A stretch of DNA of 64,000 bases from Rubripirellula sp. (GCA_965216875.1 OZ244207.1:4192001-4256000); one strand, 5' to 3'. Positions 8,665 to 18,575 are shown, counted from the first letter of the stretch. A program made the numbers and translations. The notes: generated from the sequence alone by a model not told the origin.

Positions 8665-10014
8665 ATGGTCAACACTCTCTTTCTTCCTGAACTGCGCGAG
8701 ATGTTGGCTACCTCGAATGAGCCGGAACTGAAAGAGTTCTGCATCGCGCTCAACCCAGGCCGCACCGCCGAATTCATGGAAGGCCTGACCGACGCCGAAG
8801 CTTGGCAGGTCCTGCAGTACGCCGACCCAGATCGTCGCGCCGAGATCTTCAGTTACTTTGAAGAAGAACGTCAGGTCGCGATGCTCGAATTGCACGAGCC
8901 GACCGAAGTCGCAGAGCTTGTCGAAGAACTTGCCTCGGACGACCGCGTCGACCTGTTGCAAGACATGACCGACCAACGCGTGCAGCAAATCCTGCCGCTG
9001 TTGCCGATCGAAGATCGCCGCGACATTCAACGCCTGCAATCGTATGCCGAGGAAACGGCCGGCGCGCTGATGACGTCGGAAGTGGCGAAGCTGGGCGAGA
9101 AATTGACCGCGCGCGATGCACTCGAGGAACTCGGACGCCAAGCAAGCGAACTCGAAACGATCTACTACCTGTATGTCGTTGATGACGACGACATTTTGCG
9201 CGGCATCGTGTCGACGCGACAACTCGTTTCGTCGCTGACCACGCCCAACCGAACACTGGGCGAAATGATGGAAAGCGACGTCGTTGTCGCTTTGGTGACT
9301 GAGGACCAGGAGTCGGTCGCCGAAAAGGTGGAGCGTTACAACTTGCTTGCCATTCCGGTTGTCGACTCAGGTCGAAAGCTACTCGGCATCATCACACACG
9401 ACGATGTGATCGATGTGGTGCGTGAAGAACTGGCCGAAGACGCCCAACGAATCGCTGCGGTCGCTCCTCTGGAAGACGACTTTCTTCGAATCGGTTTGCT
9501 GACCCTGTCATGGAAACGGGGGCTTTGGTTGACGATCCTGTTCTTTGCCGCACTGCTGACCGCGTTTGCACTGCGCCACTACGAAACCGAGCTCGAACAA
9601 TTCACTTGGCTGGTCTGGTTCATCCCGCTGATCATTTCGGCCGGTGGCAATTCGGGCAGCCAATCGGCGACGCTCGTGATCACGGCGATGACCAGTGGCG
9701 AGGTGAATCTGCGAGACTGGCCCAAGGTGCTTCAACGCGAAGCTTATGTCTCACTGATGCTCGGCGGGTTCCTCGCGTTGATTGGATTGTCGGTCGCGAT
9801 CTTCGTTGCCCCCACACCCAGCGATGCCATCGTCATCCCGCTCACGCTGATTTCGGTCATCCTGGTTGGGTGCTTGTGCGGCGCGACGCTGCCGCTGCTG
9901 TTTAAGCGAATCGGGCTCGACCCGGCAATGATGAGCAACCCGTTCGTCGCCGGCATCGTCGACATCCTCGGAATTGTGATCTACATCAATATCGCCAGAG
10001 CCCTGCTCGGATAA
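8665..10014 (+). CDS. mgtE: Magnesium transporter MgtE
   Basis: N domain, CBS pair (ETAGALMT, YYLYVVD, IPVVD, GIITHDD), membrane motifs PLIISAGGNSGSQS and DPAMMSNPFVAGIVDILG. Confidence 0.97.
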   Translation: MVNTLFLPELREMLATSNEPELKEFCIALNPGRTAEFMEGLTDAEAWQVLQYADPDRRAEIFSYFEEERQVAMLELHEPTEVAELVEELASDDRVDLLQDMTDQRVQQILPLLPIEDRRDIQRLQSYAEETAGALMTSEVAKLGEKLTARDALEELGRQASELETIYYLYVVDDDDILRGIVSTRQLVSSLTTPNRTLGEMMESDVVVALVTEDQESVAEKVERYNLLAIPVVDSGRKLLGIITHDDVIDVVREELAEDAQRIAAVAPLEDDFLRIGLLTLSWKRGLWLTILFFAALLTAFALRHYETELEQFTWLVWFIPLIISAGGNSGSQSATLVITAMTSGEVNLRDWPKVLQREAYVSLMLGGFLALIGLSVAIFVAPTPSDAIVIPLTLISVILVGCLCGATLPLLFKRIGLDPAMMSNPFVAGIVDILGIVIYINIARALLG

Positions 10015-10025
10015 CGGATCAACGC

Positions 10026-10167
10026 GTAGGCCGGATCAAGAAGCGACAGCGAGGCAGATCCGGCTTTGATCCTGACGTCGGAATCTCACGTAGCTACCTT
10101 CGCCAGAAGGTGGAAGGCATCAACAAGCCGCTCTCCATCATCCCCAAGCTCTGGCGAGCGTAGCTAC
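10026..10167. repeat. REP cluster between convergent genes
   Basis: GTAGGCCGGATCAAGAAGCGACAGCGAGGCAGATCCGGC at 10026 (same family as the 344 array). Inverted pair GTAGCTACCTTCGCCAGAAGGTGG (10090) / CTCTGGCGAGCGTAGCTAC (to 10167). Confidence 0.88.
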
Positions 10168-10252
10168 AACGGCTCACGCTCGGCGACAGCAGCGCCTGCA
10201 ACCGCAACTTTTACGGAGCAAAAGGCGACAATGACGAAACTCAACCGCGTCG

Positions 10253-11194
10253 CTACCGCAGTTCGCCACGCATCGGATAGCTCGTGGGCGCCGACGCCCG
10301 ATAGGCTGACGGAGCGGCCGCTTGATTGTTCAGTGGCAGTGTCGCCGAGGCAGAGGCCAAATCGATCGCCTTCTTCGCGGTTTGAGGCATCACGAATACG
10401 GTGGGATCGGATGTCAGTAGCTGATTGACCGAGTACATCCCAATATCGATGCGCATCGAGAGCGGTTGACCTGTTGCCGGCGTGAGTGTGATGTCGACTT
10501 GATGGGGCAGGGCACATTGAACCTGGTCATAGTAGACATGGTTGCTCGCATTGCACTGAGCGATCAACGCACCACTTGGCGAATAGAGTTGTTGGTTCAT
10601 CACGTAACCGGCCTGAGGCTCGATGAAGCACACTCGCTGGTAAACGCCATCAGGCATGGTGAGCGTGTCACGTATTTCGAGTTTTCCGTCGGCGCGCCGC
10701 ACCGGCCCTGCAACGACCGCTTGTGGGTTGATATGCACCAATCCGAGCGCATCGATCAACCAGGTCGGATCGACTGGCAAGACGGCGCGATTGAGTTGCT
10801 GTTGGTATTGGTCATGCCGAGCGAAGTAGAGGGTGCGTCCGAGTCCCTCAGGTACTTCGAACCAAAAGACTTGATCGTTGCTACCGAGATCAACGCCGAC
10901 GCCGGGAACGAGACTGAGCCCCGCTTTCAACCGAAAGTTCTTGTTGCGTTGAAGGTGCAACGTCGAACTGGACAGGTTCGGCGCCCCTTCCATATCGACG
11001 GAGACGGAGTTGCTCGAAAGCTGCTGGATCTGATCGGCCCGATTGATCACGGCAACGACCTCATCCAACGTCGGCGTCGTCGTCAACACGGCCGGTGGCG
11101 GCGGAAAGGTAAGCGGCACATCACGTCGCGCGCAAGTCGCCCCACCAGAAACAAAGCAAACCAGCAGAATCCCAATCCATGAAAGCCATCGCAT
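10253..11194 (-). CDS. Conserved planctomycete exported or lipoprotein-like protein (possible LolA/LolB-like fold)
   Basis: Probable start MRWLSWIGILLVCFVSGGATC; motif VDLGSNDQVFWF. The ORF track start at 11248 overlaps the upstream gene. Confidence 0.7.
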   Translation of the reverse strand: MRWLSWIGILLVCFVSGGATCARRDVPLTFPPPPAVLTTTPTLDEVVAVINRADQIQQLSSNSVSVDMEGAPNLSSSTLHLQRNKNFRLKAGLSLVPGVGVDLGSNDQVFWFEVPEGLGRTLYFARHDQYQQQLNRAVLPVDPTWLIDALGLVHINPQAVVAGPVRRADGKLEIRDTLTMPDGVYQRVCFIEPQAGYVMNQQLYSPSGALIAQCNASNHVYYDQVQCALPHQVDITLTPATGQPLSMRIDIGMYSVNQLLTSDPTVFVMPQTAKKAIDLASASATLPLNNQAAAPSAYRASAPTSYPMRGELR

Positions 11195-11228
11195 CCGTGC
11201 GTTTCTCCATTGAGCGAACTCGTCGCCG

Positions 11229-11801
11229 TTACTCTTCTTCCGCTTCACAGTAGAGCAACTCGTTCAACTCGTCCTTGAGTTTTTCCGATTCGCTTCGCGT
11301 GACCGTGCAACTGGGGATGCCGATCACACTGCCATCGGCAACCACTTCGACCCACAGCACATCCTGCTCTGGCCCGTTTTCACCGCCATCGGTCTCGTCT
11401 GTTTCTTGATTTGTCTGTTCTTCGACGCCCGATTCCGATTCTGATTCCGGAATCGCGCCGGCTGCGGCGGGACGAACAATTCGTCGCCTCATCAACATCA
11501 GCGCCAACAGGTACCGACTCTTGGCGCGATCAGGAAAGCCTTCCATCTGACGAAGCAGGTCAACAAGCACCTCAGGCGGCGCGAGCACCATTTTCTTTTC
11601 GTCCGATTTGGGCATTCGACATTTCCACCATCCAATGGCGCCCTCTGGTGGTCCCTCCCAAGCGCCGGCGGAGTAATCTTGGCGAGCGAAATCATCGCCC
11701 GATTCCAAAACGACCGAGTAATACCATTCACCGTCGCGCAGCGGTCGCTGTTCGGCATGGCACTGGCGAGTGCAACGGCTGACTTTGTATTCACCCAACA
11801 T
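11229..11801 (-). CDS. Conserved planctomycete hypothetical protein
   Basis: Probable start MLGEYKVSRCTRQC at 11801. Motifs RQDYSAGAWEGPPEGAIGWWK and RYLLALMLMRRR. Confidence 0.75.
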   Translation of the reverse strand: MLGEYKVSRCTRQCHAEQRPLRDGEWYYSVVLESGDDFARQDYSAGAWEGPPEGAIGWWKCRMPKSDEKKMVLAPPEVLVDLLRQMEGFPDRAKSRYLLALMLMRRRIVRPAAAGAIPESESESGVEEQTNQETDETDGGENGPEQDVLWVEVVADGSVIGIPSCTVTRSESEKLKDELNELLYCEAEEE

Positions 11802-11998
11802 GAAACTTCGACGTGAAACGCGGCAAAACGGGACCTTCGAACGGACGTTAACAAATGCCAACCCCCGCAGGAAAGATCGAGTCTAACCAAAGCCCTACGA
11901 AAAAGGTGCCAAGACGCGATTTTAGGTAGGGTGTGTGCTTGCACGCACCAAATCTGTGATCGTTGGGTTCAGGTGCGTGCAAGCACACACCCTAGCGT

Positions 11999-12274
11999 CT
12001 ATTCGGCGTTGAAGAAGCGAGCGGCACTGCCGCCTTGGCCAACGGGAACTTTGACGGCCGCCATACATTTGGGGCACCGACCGGAATAGGCGGTCCCGGC
12101 ATCGTTGCGGTAGATGCGGCCGTAGGTCCGGCAACATTTGAATCGAATCCCCAAGAACGGGCGCACCGTCCGATCGTCAGCTGATGCATCGCCCGACTGC
12201 GGCCCACCCGACAAAGGCAGCGGTTGCCCAGAGGGGTCGCTGGAGGCATCGAATTGGGATCCAGAATTCGTCAT
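11999..12274 (-). CDS. Small Cys-rich (probable Zn-binding) conserved protein
   Basis: 91 aa from the ATG at 12274: RPFLGIRFKCCRTYGRIYRN...YSGRCPKC...VGQGGSAARFF. The upstream part of the 275 aa track ORF overlaps the EF-hand gene. Confidence 0.75.
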   Translation of the reverse strand: MTNSGSQFDASSDPSGQPLPLSGGPQSGDASADDRTVRPFLGIRFKCCRTYGRIYRNDAGTAYSGRCPKCMAAVKVPVGQGGSAARFFNAE

Positions 12275-12359
12275 CGCGATCGATCTATAACAAATCGGTC
12301 GACGGGCCACGCAAGACCATTCGAGAGTTGGCCAACCGCGGAAGCGGCCGCTTGTGAAA

Positions 12360-13517
12360 CTACCGAAACGAAAACTCGTCAGCCGAGAGCTGGCCGTTTC
12401 GGTCCCGGTCGAAGCGGTGAAAGTAGAGCCGACGCTGCAATTGGAACAAATCCAAGCTGCCAAAATCGAACTCTTCAAAGGTGAGCACGCCGTCCTGGTC
12501 GATGTCTTCAGGCTGCAGATACCACGGGTAATTCGGATTTCCGAACATCGATAAACGAAACTCTTGCAGTGAGAGTGAGCCATCGCCGTCGTCATCAAAC
12601 GCGACCACGTTGTGGCTAGCCAGCTCTTTGCTCCATTTGCCCTCGCCCCGATCGAGCGTCTGTAGTTCCGATGCGGAAACGCGTGCGTCGAGGTCGCCAT
12701 CCAACTCGCGAAACTCGGCGATAACATCACGTAAAAAACCGTGCTCGGGATCGGCGATCTCGGCAACCGTAAGCGTGTCGCTGCGATCGCGATCAGCGCC
12801 GCGAAAGGCCAGCGGATCCAAATCAAGATCCTCGCTTTTGCGATGGTGATACTCGCGATACGAAATCATGCGGTCGCGATTACGATCGAGCTTCAACATC
12901 AATTGAAAATCAATCACCTTGCCGTCGACGTGCCGCAGACGGTGCTCGTTCCAACGAATGCCAAGCTGCTCTTCGACAAAGGCGATGGCCTCGGTCCGAT
13001 TGACGAAATTGTCGCCATCCGAATCAAGCTGATCCAAGAAGCGACCGCTGATCACGTACCGCCCATCGGGTGAAATGGATGTCAAGAAATTGATCGCGAA
13101 CCGACGTGCCGCCACCGTCTCGCCAGGCCGCATGTTCCAGTTGTCATAAGATTCGTCAATTGCGTCGCGAGCATTGGTGCTGATGCTCGTGAACGGGTCT
13201 TGAATCTTGGCACTGAAACTTGGGTCAAGGAATCGAACGGCCCCAACGAACTCGACGTAGGAGTGCAATCCATCGCCGTTGATATCGAACATTCGAAAAT
13301 CACGCCGGACCTCCGCGGTGTCCTGACTCAATTCGGCGAACTCCGATTGGCTGAGTGACGAATCCCGATTGAGATCCGCTTGTTCGAACTGCTGGCGCAG
13401 TTTCGAGCGAGATTGACTCACCGGTGTCTCGGCCGCTGCGATTGTTGCGATCATCAACGCGGCTGCAATCATGATGCAGCATCTCGTCGCGACAAGTTGG
13501 CCGAGCGAAGTTGGCAT
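12360..13517 (-). CDS. Secreted multi-EF-hand calcium-binding protein
   Basis: Signal peptide (MIAAALMIATIAAAE). About ten DxDxDG-type loops, e.g. DLNRDSSLSQSEF, DINGDG, DSDGDN, DGDLDARVSASEL, DDDGDGSLSLQEF, DIDQDGVLTFEEF, DRDRNGQLSADEF. Confidence 0.88.
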   Translation of the reverse strand: MPTSLGQLVATRCCIMIAAALMIATIAAAETPVSQSRSKLRQQFEQADLNRDSSLSQSEFAELSQDTAEVRRDFRMFDINGDGLHSYVEFVGAVRFLDPSFSAKIQDPFTSISTNARDAIDESYDNWNMRPGETVAARRFAINFLTSISPDGRYVISGRFLDQLDSDGDNFVNRTEAIAFVEEQLGIRWNEHRLRHVDGKVIDFQLMLKLDRNRDRMISYREYHHRKSEDLDLDPLAFRGADRDRSDTLTVAEIADPEHGFLRDVIAEFRELDGDLDARVSASELQTLDRGEGKWSKELASHNVVAFDDDGDGSLSLQEFRLSMFGNPNYPWYLQPEDIDQDGVLTFEEFDFGSLDLFQLQRRLYFHRFDRDRNGQLSADEFSFR

Positions 13518-13527
13518 GACAGGTTTT

Positions 13528-14139
13528 CTAGGAGCTTGGCTCTTCTTCTCGCTGCATCGCCTCGAGCGCGAGTTTGAGTTGCCGGCGGGCTCGGCTGAGT
13601 CGACTGCGTACGGTACCGATCGAGATTTCAAGAATCTCTGCGATGTCTTCGTAGGAGTTTTCTTCCATCTCGCGAAGAATCAAAATCGAACGATGCTCGT
13701 CGGTGAGCGTCTTCATCGCTTCGCGCACCATCGAGACGCGTTCTTGGCGAAGCATCGGTTCATCAACGCCATCAGTCTCGTCGGGCACTTCCAAGCCGTT
13801 GTTGTCACGACAATAGTCGAGCGAAACGCGGGCGCGTTTGCGGCGACGGCGTGTCAAAGCACTATTGAACGCGATTCGGTACAGCCACGTGAAGAATTGG
13901 CTGTTGCGTTGAAACGTATGAAGCTTGACGAAGACGCGGATGAACGCTTCTTGCACCACCTCTTCAGCTTCGTCGGGCGAACCGGTCACCTGCAACATCG
14001 AAGCAAAGAGCCGTTCCTGGTTCATCTCGATCAATCGACTGAACGCGGCGCGGTCGCCTTCGATGGCTCGATCAATCAGTTGAGACTCTTCGTCCACGCC
14101 ACGGTCTTTCGGATACGTTCCAGCCCTTTTGTCAGCCAC
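13528..14139 (-). CDS. ECF RNA polymerase sigma-70 factor
   Basis: GDRAAFSRLI, AEEVVQEAF, FFTWLYRIAFN, SYEDIAEILEISIGTVRSRLSRAR. Alternative GTG start at 14097. Confidence 0.95.
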   Translation of the reverse strand: MADKRAGTYPKDRGVDEESQLIDRAIEGDRAAFSRLIEMNQERLFASMLQVTGSPDEAEEVVQEAFIRVFVKLHTFQRNSQFFTWLYRIAFNSALTRRRRKRARVSLDYCRDNNGLEVPDETDGVDEPMLRQERVSMVREAMKTLTDEHRSILILREMEENSYEDIAEILEISIGTVRSRLSRARRQLKLALEAMQREEEPSS

Positions 14140-14318
14140 CAGTTTATCATCGACGCCACAAAAAAACCGCGACCCTCAGGACAATCGAATCGCGTTGTGG
14201 CGAATCGGTTCCCTGCGGATCGCGGATTATTGGGAAATTTGCCGTTCCAATGCGGCTTGGTAGCCCCACCCCCGCGTTTTAGACAGATTTTGCCCACGCG
14301 TTTGCGGCGCGTTGCAGT

Positions 14319-14777
14319 CTACGCCTCCTCAGCCGGTTTTGCCTGATTGATTTCGATGCGACGCGAACCCGCCTTGGCCGCTTTCGGCAGCAGAATCGTC
14401 AACACACCGTGTTCATAGTTGGCGACAATCCCGTCACGATCGACCGTCTTGGGTAATTCGACCGCACGGCGAAACTCACCGAACACACGTTCGACACGTC
14501 GCTTGCCGCCTTCGGTGTCTTCTTTTGTATCCCGCCGTACACCATGAATGGTCAAACGGTTGTCCTCGATGTCGACGTTGACATCTTCGGGCTTCACACC
14601 AGGAAGGTCCAAAGCAAACTCGTAACCAGTGTCGGTTTCTTCGATGTCCATTCGAGGTGCGAAACGGACCGATTGGTCCGAACACTCTTCATTGAAAAAC
14701 GACTCGACCAACGTGTTCATGTCAGTTGCCAAGTCGTTGATCAAACGCCCGGTCGAATGTGGAAATACCATTCTCAT
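14319..14777 (-). CDS. Small heat shock protein, Hsp20/alpha-crystallin family
   Basis: PRMDIEET, DLPGVKPEDV, RRVERVFGEFRRAVELP, ANYEHGVLTILLPK. SD GAGGAG precedes the ATG at 14777. Confidence 0.95.
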   Translation of the reverse strand: MRMVFPHSTGRLINDLATDMNTLVESFFNEECSDQSVRFAPRMDIEETDTGYEFALDLPGVKPEDVNVDIEDNRLTIHGVRRDTKEDTEGGKRRVERVFGEFRRAVELPKTVDRDGIVANYEHGVLTILLPKAAKAGSRRIEINQAKPAEEA

Positions 14778-15017
14778 TGTTTTTCTCCTCACACTTTTAA
14801 GCGAACAAACAGACCAGTCGGTTTGCTGCGTTTCATTCCACTCGATCCGACGTCACTCTGGACGCCGAGCCAGTTACGGAAAACAACGAGCAAACTTACG
14901 GGTACTGTGCCCGCAAACGGATGCTGTTAATCAAAAGGGAAGGAGCTACCGCGGATGGCTCCGACTCAAAGCCGCTGTCAATTTGGCAGACAACTCTCAG
15001 TCGAAAGAATGAATAAC

Positions 15018-15032
15018 GCGAACGGCGTGCCA
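15018..15032 (-). promoter_or_regulatory. Putative sigma54 (-24/-12) promoter upstream of hsp20
   Basis: Minus strand reads TGGCACGCCGTTCGC, i.e. GG-N10-GC with a canonical TGGCACG half and one mismatch in TTGC. Confidence 0.45.
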
Positions 15033-15114
15033 AACGTTTCCCGTTCGCTCCGCGGGCAGCTTGAGGGCCGGTGCAACGTCGCGTTCTCGAGGACGCCCGC
15101 ACGGGTCAAGCAAG

Positions 15115-16203
15115 CTAGTTCAGTTCGCCTTCGCCGAAGCTACCGCTGAGATGACGCTGCAGGTAACTGGCGCGTTCAACGTTTCGATCAGAGGACCCAA
15201 GCAAGCGGCCGTGCAACTTTTGCAAGTGTGCCGGTTGCGTATGGATGAAGAGCTTGTTGATCGTTCCAACGGGAACATCATCAATCAAACCAAGGTTCAC
15301 GCCCATGCGAACCTTCGACAGATAGTGCATCGTCTCTTCACTGCTGATCTTCTTGGCCGTGCTTAAGATGCCAAGAGCGCGGCTGACGTCATCATGCAGA
15401 TCTTTCTGGCTTTGTGAGATCAGAAAGTCACGTGCCTTGCGTTCGTATTCGATGATACGCGGCACCACTTCATCACCGACCAATGCGACCAGTTCTTCTT
15501 CGCTGTGCCCGAGCGTGATTTGGTTGCTGACTTGGTAGAAGTCACCGGTGTATTGAGATCCCTCGCCGTAGAGACCACGAACGGTGACGTTGATTCGCTG
15601 CATGCTGCGAAACACCTTTTCGATCTGGCGCGTGATCACAAGTGCGGGTAGATGCAACATCACACTGACGCGAAGACCGGTCCCAACGTTGGTGGGACAA
15701 GCGGTCAAGTATCCGTATGCCGGATGGAAGGCGTACCAAATCTCTTTTTCAAGTTTGTCATCGAGCGCGTCGATCCGTTGCCAAGCCGACCTCAAATCGA
15801 GACCGCTGTGCATGACTTGAATGCGAAGATGATCCTCTTCGTTGATCATCACGCTGTATTGTTCGCCTGGATCGACGGCGACGGCGCGAGAGCCATCGGC
15901 TTCGGCAATCTCGCGGCTAATCAGCTGGCGTTCGACGAGGAACTGGCGATCAATTTCGGAGAGTTGTTCGATGTCGATGTAGGAAATTTCTTTCCAATCT
16001 TCGATCGCGTCCATGCGTGCGCGAACGGTTCGCTCGATGCTGATTCGATCCTCGTCCGAACAACGACGGATGAATGGAAAGTCAGCAAGATTGCGAGCGA
16101 GCCGGATCCGGCTGCTGATCACGATATCCGATTCAGGGCCGGTACCGCGCAACCACTCACCCGAGGTTTTTGCTAACTGCTTGAAGTCCGATTCACGTTT
16201 CAC
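15115..16203 (-). CDS. mcsB: Protein arginine kinase McsB
   Basis: IVISSRIRLARN, MINEEDHLRIQ, GYLTACPTNVGTGLRVSVMLHLPAL, VRGLYGEGS, YQVSNQITLG. Confidence 0.96.
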   Translation of the reverse strand: MKRESDFKQLAKTSGEWLRGTGPESDIVISSRIRLARNLADFPFIRRCSDEDRISIERTVRARMDAIEDWKEISYIDIEQLSEIDRQFLVERQLISREIAEADGSRAVAVDPGEQYSVMINEEDHLRIQVMHSGLDLRSAWQRIDALDDKLEKEIWYAFHPAYGYLTACPTNVGTGLRVSVMLHLPALVITRQIEKVFRSMQRINVTVRGLYGEGSQYTGDFYQVSNQITLGHSEEELVALVGDEVVPRIIEYERKARDFLISQSQKDLHDDVSRALGILSTAKKISSEETMHYLSKVRMGVNLGLIDDVPVGTINKLFIHTQPAHLQKLHGRLLGSSDRNVERASYLQRHLSGSFGEGELN

Positions 16204-16205
16204 GC

Positions 16206-16739
16206 CTACTCGTCTCCCTCGCTGGGCGCCGGTTCGTTCTTGCCCTCCGATTCGATGCGTTTGAGTTCGTCACGAATTTCGGATGCCCGTTCGTAATCTT
16301 CGCGATCGATCGCCTCTTCCATTTCGCGACGAAGCCCAATCATCTGCGCTTGTGAATCGGCCGAGGCGGCAGCGCGGCGCGGACGTTTTCCGCAATGTTC
16401 TGTCGCATCGTGAATGTTGGTCAACAAGGGAACCAAATCGGAGTCGAAGTGGGTGTAGTCGTAGGGACAACCGAGCCGACCGGTGTTTCGAAACTCGAAA
16501 AAGCTGATCCCACAAACGGGACACTCCTTTTGGTCCAGTTCGGCGAGTTCTTGTTTCGATTGGCCAAGATGAAGCTGTTTGGCGAGTGCACCGGTGATCG
16601 ATGCAGCCGGCGACGACGCTTCCTTTTGCAAGTGGACGCGCGCGTGTTCTTCGCACAAATGCATCACCTGCGGGCCGTTTGGTTCAGTCAATTCGGTGAT
16701 ATGAAAAGTGGCGGGCTTTTCACAATATTGGCATTTCAT
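16206..16739 (-). CDS. mcsA: McsA (CxxC motifs plus UvrB/UvrC domain)
   Basis: Start MKCQYCEKPATFHITE at 16739; HLCEEHA, CPVCG, GRLGCPYDY, C-terminal EDYERASEIRDEL. Directly upstream of mcsB. Confidence 0.92.
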   Translation of the reverse strand: MKCQYCEKPATFHITELTEPNGPQVMHLCEEHARVHLQKEASSPAASITGALAKQLHLGQSKQELAELDQKECPVCGISFFEFRNTGRLGCPYDYTHFDSDLVPLLTNIHDATEHCGKRPRRAAASADSQAQMIGLRREMEEAIDREDYERASEIRDELKRIESEGKNEPAPSEGDE

Positions 16740-17046
16740 GTCTCGTTCCTGGCCATCTGCGACGCACGAGAACGATGACTGACGGCTTCCAAATTGCCGT
16801 AAATCTTTTCGCCTCAATGGTATAGCGAACCCAAGCAAATGGATTCTATCGCTGTTGGGGGTAGTGTCAACGCGACGAGAAATGGGCAAACGCGCGAACA
16901 CGGCGGCGTTTTCGGGGCTCAACACTGTCACTACCGGCGCCACAGAGGGGCCTACACGCAACGGGCATTTCCGCAGAAACTAGCGGACACAAGACGATCT
17001 GTACCCAATGATCTTGCCGCGCTGATCACGACTCAAAGCAATCTCG

Positions 17047-18570
17047 ATGCATACGCCTGCCGCCACAACGTTCGCCCAGTTGGCTGTCGAACACGATTTC
17101 GTCCCCGTTTGCCGTCGGCTTTTGAGCGACACGTTGACGCCTGTGACGGCATTTCGACTGCTTGAAGATGGCGGACCAGCCTGTCTGTTTGAGAGTGTGA
17201 TCGGCGGCGAAAAGGTGGGGCGTTACAGCTTCCTTGCATCGGGACCGGTTCGCCGATTTGCCGCCCGCCGACAAGAAATCGAAGTGACCGAAACGGGCGA
17301 CGGTTCGGTCGAAACGTCCCAGGCCGACGATCCACTCGATGCTTTTCGCGAACATTTCCATTATCGCGTCGCTCAAATCGACGACCTGCCGCCCTTTGTC
17401 GGGGGTGCCATTGGATACGCCAGCTACGACGTGGTCCGATACGTCGAGAACCTTCCCAATTCGCCCGAAGACGATCGCAACCTTCCCGACCTCGACTTTT
17501 CTTTCTATCACACGCTTTGTGTTTTTGATCACGTCGCCAAAACCATCACCGTGATCTCACTGGCCGACTGCCGCGAAACAGATTCCGCCGACCAAGCCGC
17601 CGCAGCCTACAACGAAGCAAAATCACGGGTCGACGAAGCGGTCGAAAAGCTGACCGCCCCCGTCGCTGCGAGTGCTGACGAATGGAACCCCGATCAATGG
17701 AAGGAACAATCGGACGGTTCGCCGCTTGAAATCGAAGCCAACTTCACGCGTGAATCGTTTGGCAAGGCGGTCACCGATTGCGTTGAGTACATTCGCGCCG
17801 GCGATATCTTTCAAGTCGTCCCCAGCCAACGGATGACCGTTACCACGGATGTCGATCCCTTTGAGATCTATCGCTCGCTCCGCGTCGTCAATCCAAGCCC
17901 CTTCATGTTCTACGTTCGCACGCCCGAATGTGAACTCGTAGGATGCTCACCCGAAATCATGTGCCGCGTTGCCGACAGCGTCGTGACCGTTCGCCCGCTC
18001 GCAGGCACTCGCCGCCGCGGACAGGATTCGAAAGAGGACAAGGCACTCGAAAAAGAACTGCTTGCCGACCCCAAAGAACGTGCCGAGCACGTGATGTTGG
18101 TCGACCTCGGACGCAACGATGTTGGACGCGTTGCCAAGTACGGCACCATCGAATTGACCGAAGTCATGGTGGTGGAACGTTACAGTCACGTGATGCACAT
18201 CAGCAGTGAAGTGCAGGGCACACTGCGCGACGGACTCGATGCGTTTGATGCCTTGAAAGCCTGCTTGCCGGCCGGAACGGTTTCGGGGGCGCCGAAAGTG
18301 CGAGCGATGGAAATCATCGACTCGATCGAACCGCATCGCCGCGGCCCCTACGCGGGCGCCGTCGGCTACATCGACTACCGCGGCAATATGGATACCTGCA
18401 TCGCACTGCGAACGATGGTCGCCAAAGAGGGCAAAGTCTATGTGCAAGCGGGTTGTGGTGTCGTTGCCGACAGCGACCCCGATGCCGAGTACGACGAGAC
18501 GATCAACAAAGCGAAAGCGCTCATTTCCGCCATCGAGCTAACGGCGCTGCGCGAAAAGGCCAAGTCGTAA
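17047..18570 (+). CDS. trpE: Anthranilate synthase component I
   Basis: LFESVIGGEKVGRYSF, YIRAGDIFQVVPSQR, NPSPFMF, PLAGTRRRG, KERAEHVMLVDLGRND, PAGTVSGAPKVRAM. Confidence 0.96.
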   Translation: MHTPAATTFAQLAVEHDFVPVCRRLLSDTLTPVTAFRLLEDGGPACLFESVIGGEKVGRYSFLASGPVRRFAARRQEIEVTETGDGSVETSQADDPLDAFREHFHYRVAQIDDLPPFVGGAIGYASYDVVRYVENLPNSPEDDRNLPDLDFSFYHTLCVFDHVAKTITVISLADCRETDSADQAAAAYNEAKSRVDEAVEKLTAPVAASADEWNPDQWKEQSDGSPLEIEANFTRESFGKAVTDCVEYIRAGDIFQVVPSQRMTVTTDVDPFEIYRSLRVVNPSPFMFYVRTPECELVGCSPEIMCRVADSVVTVRPLAGTRRRGQDSKEDKALEKELLADPKERAEHVMLVDLGRNDVGRVAKYGTIELTEVMVVERYSHVMHISSEVQGTLRDGLDAFDALKACLPAGTVSGAPKVRAMEIIDSIEPHRRGPYAGAVGYIDYRGNMDTCIALRTMVAKEGKVYVQAGCGVVADSDPDAEYDETINKAKALISAIELTALREKAKS

Positions 18571-18575
18571 AGTAA

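Noticed and set aside
11895..11911. Second sigma54-like site (minus strand TGGCACCTTTTTCGT)
   Set aside because: The -12 element reads GT rather than the near-invariant GC, which is too weak to call.
12275..12826. N-terminal extension of the 275 aa ORF 11999-12826, or a frameshift fusion with the EF-hand gene
   Set aside because: It overlaps the EF-hand gene in another frame. Both genes look complete, and an ATG at 12274 gives a coherent 91 aa protein.
14800..15110. CIRCE (HrcA) or CtsR boxes upstream of hsp20
   Set aside because: No TTAGCACTC-N9-GAGTGCTAA or GGTCAAA direct repeats were found by eye.
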